From Clostridia bacterium (GTDB lineage Bacteria > Bacillota > Clostridia > Oscillospirales > CAG-272): 53,184 bases of DNA. Below the pieces are notes generated by a model that saw nothing but the letters and a program-made list of their open reading frames with translations, made no database searches and was not told the origin of the DNA. Shown here piece after piece: positions 53,053 to 53,184 of this stretch; the stretch's first letter is position 1, and each line of letters opens with the position of its first letter. The stretch spans positions 1 through 53,184 of the forward strand of contig JAFTTT010000002.1 in the NCBI GenBank assembly GCA_017466625.1. Direction: 5' to 3'. Position numbers and translations under genes: made by a program.

Positions 53053-53184
53053 TTATTTTCTTTCTTCAATCTCGCCTTCAATCCACCGGTTCAACATCTC
53101 ATGGAATATGGGGATTCGAACTGGTCGGATATGGAGTTCGATGATGCTAGTGCCAGGGACAAGGTTTTCTCCAAGGAGATGTCC
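53053..53184 (-). CDS. C-terminal 43 codons of an unidentified protein that continues beyond the window edge
   Basis: open frame from the window edge to TAA 53053-53055 (...FHEMLNRWIEGEIEERK), followed on the minus strand by an imperfect hairpin and a T-rich tract. Confidence 0.3.
   Translation of the reverse strand, partial: GHLLGENLVPGTSIIELHIRPVRIPIFHEMLNRWIEGEIEERK

Overview
This 53.2-kb window is chromosomal and probably comes from a spore-forming Clostridia-type Firmicute. That origin is inferred from cotJABC, ytfJ/DUF2953, DUF1540, DUF421/DUF4363 and many near-consensus TTGACA-17-TATAAT promoters. About 50 protein genes are present, mostly on the minus strand, and most are housekeeping. 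They include rpmG-secE-nusG-rplK-rplA, tig-(GDSL esterase)-clpP-clpX, lon-engB, scpA-scpB, pyk, thrC, asnA, an aspartate kinase, mnmA, mtaB, rlmB and trmK, plus sporulation-linked genes. There is one intact tRNA-Pro(UGG) preceded by a 38-nt 5' fragment of a second tRNA-Pro. I saw no rRNA, CRISPR array, transposase or IS element, or recognisable defence system. Seven things deserve a second look. (1) nusG carries an in-frame TAA, and its conserved KOW C-terminus continues in the same frame after it. (2) A family of GC-rich, nested-hairpin intergenic modules occurs four times; three copies end in the same 12-mer CCGCTATTGACA, which supplies the -35 box of downstream promoters. (3) A 1112-aa protein joins a hyper-acidic, probably disordered half to a P-type-ATPase-like membrane core whose catalytic motifs look degenerate. 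(4) Two AT-richer surface-lipoprotein genes (one Ltp-repeat, one BspA-type LRR) each have a long, strongly folded 5' leader ending in a terminator hairpin directly before the RBS. (5) Two perfect-consensus promoters face each other between the DUF1858 and HIT genes. (6) The tRNA-Pro fragment plus intact tRNA-Pro lies at the right edge. (7) The TIGR03960/TIGR03936 radical-SAM pair has no known function. All protein calls come from reading motifs by eye; no database search was run.
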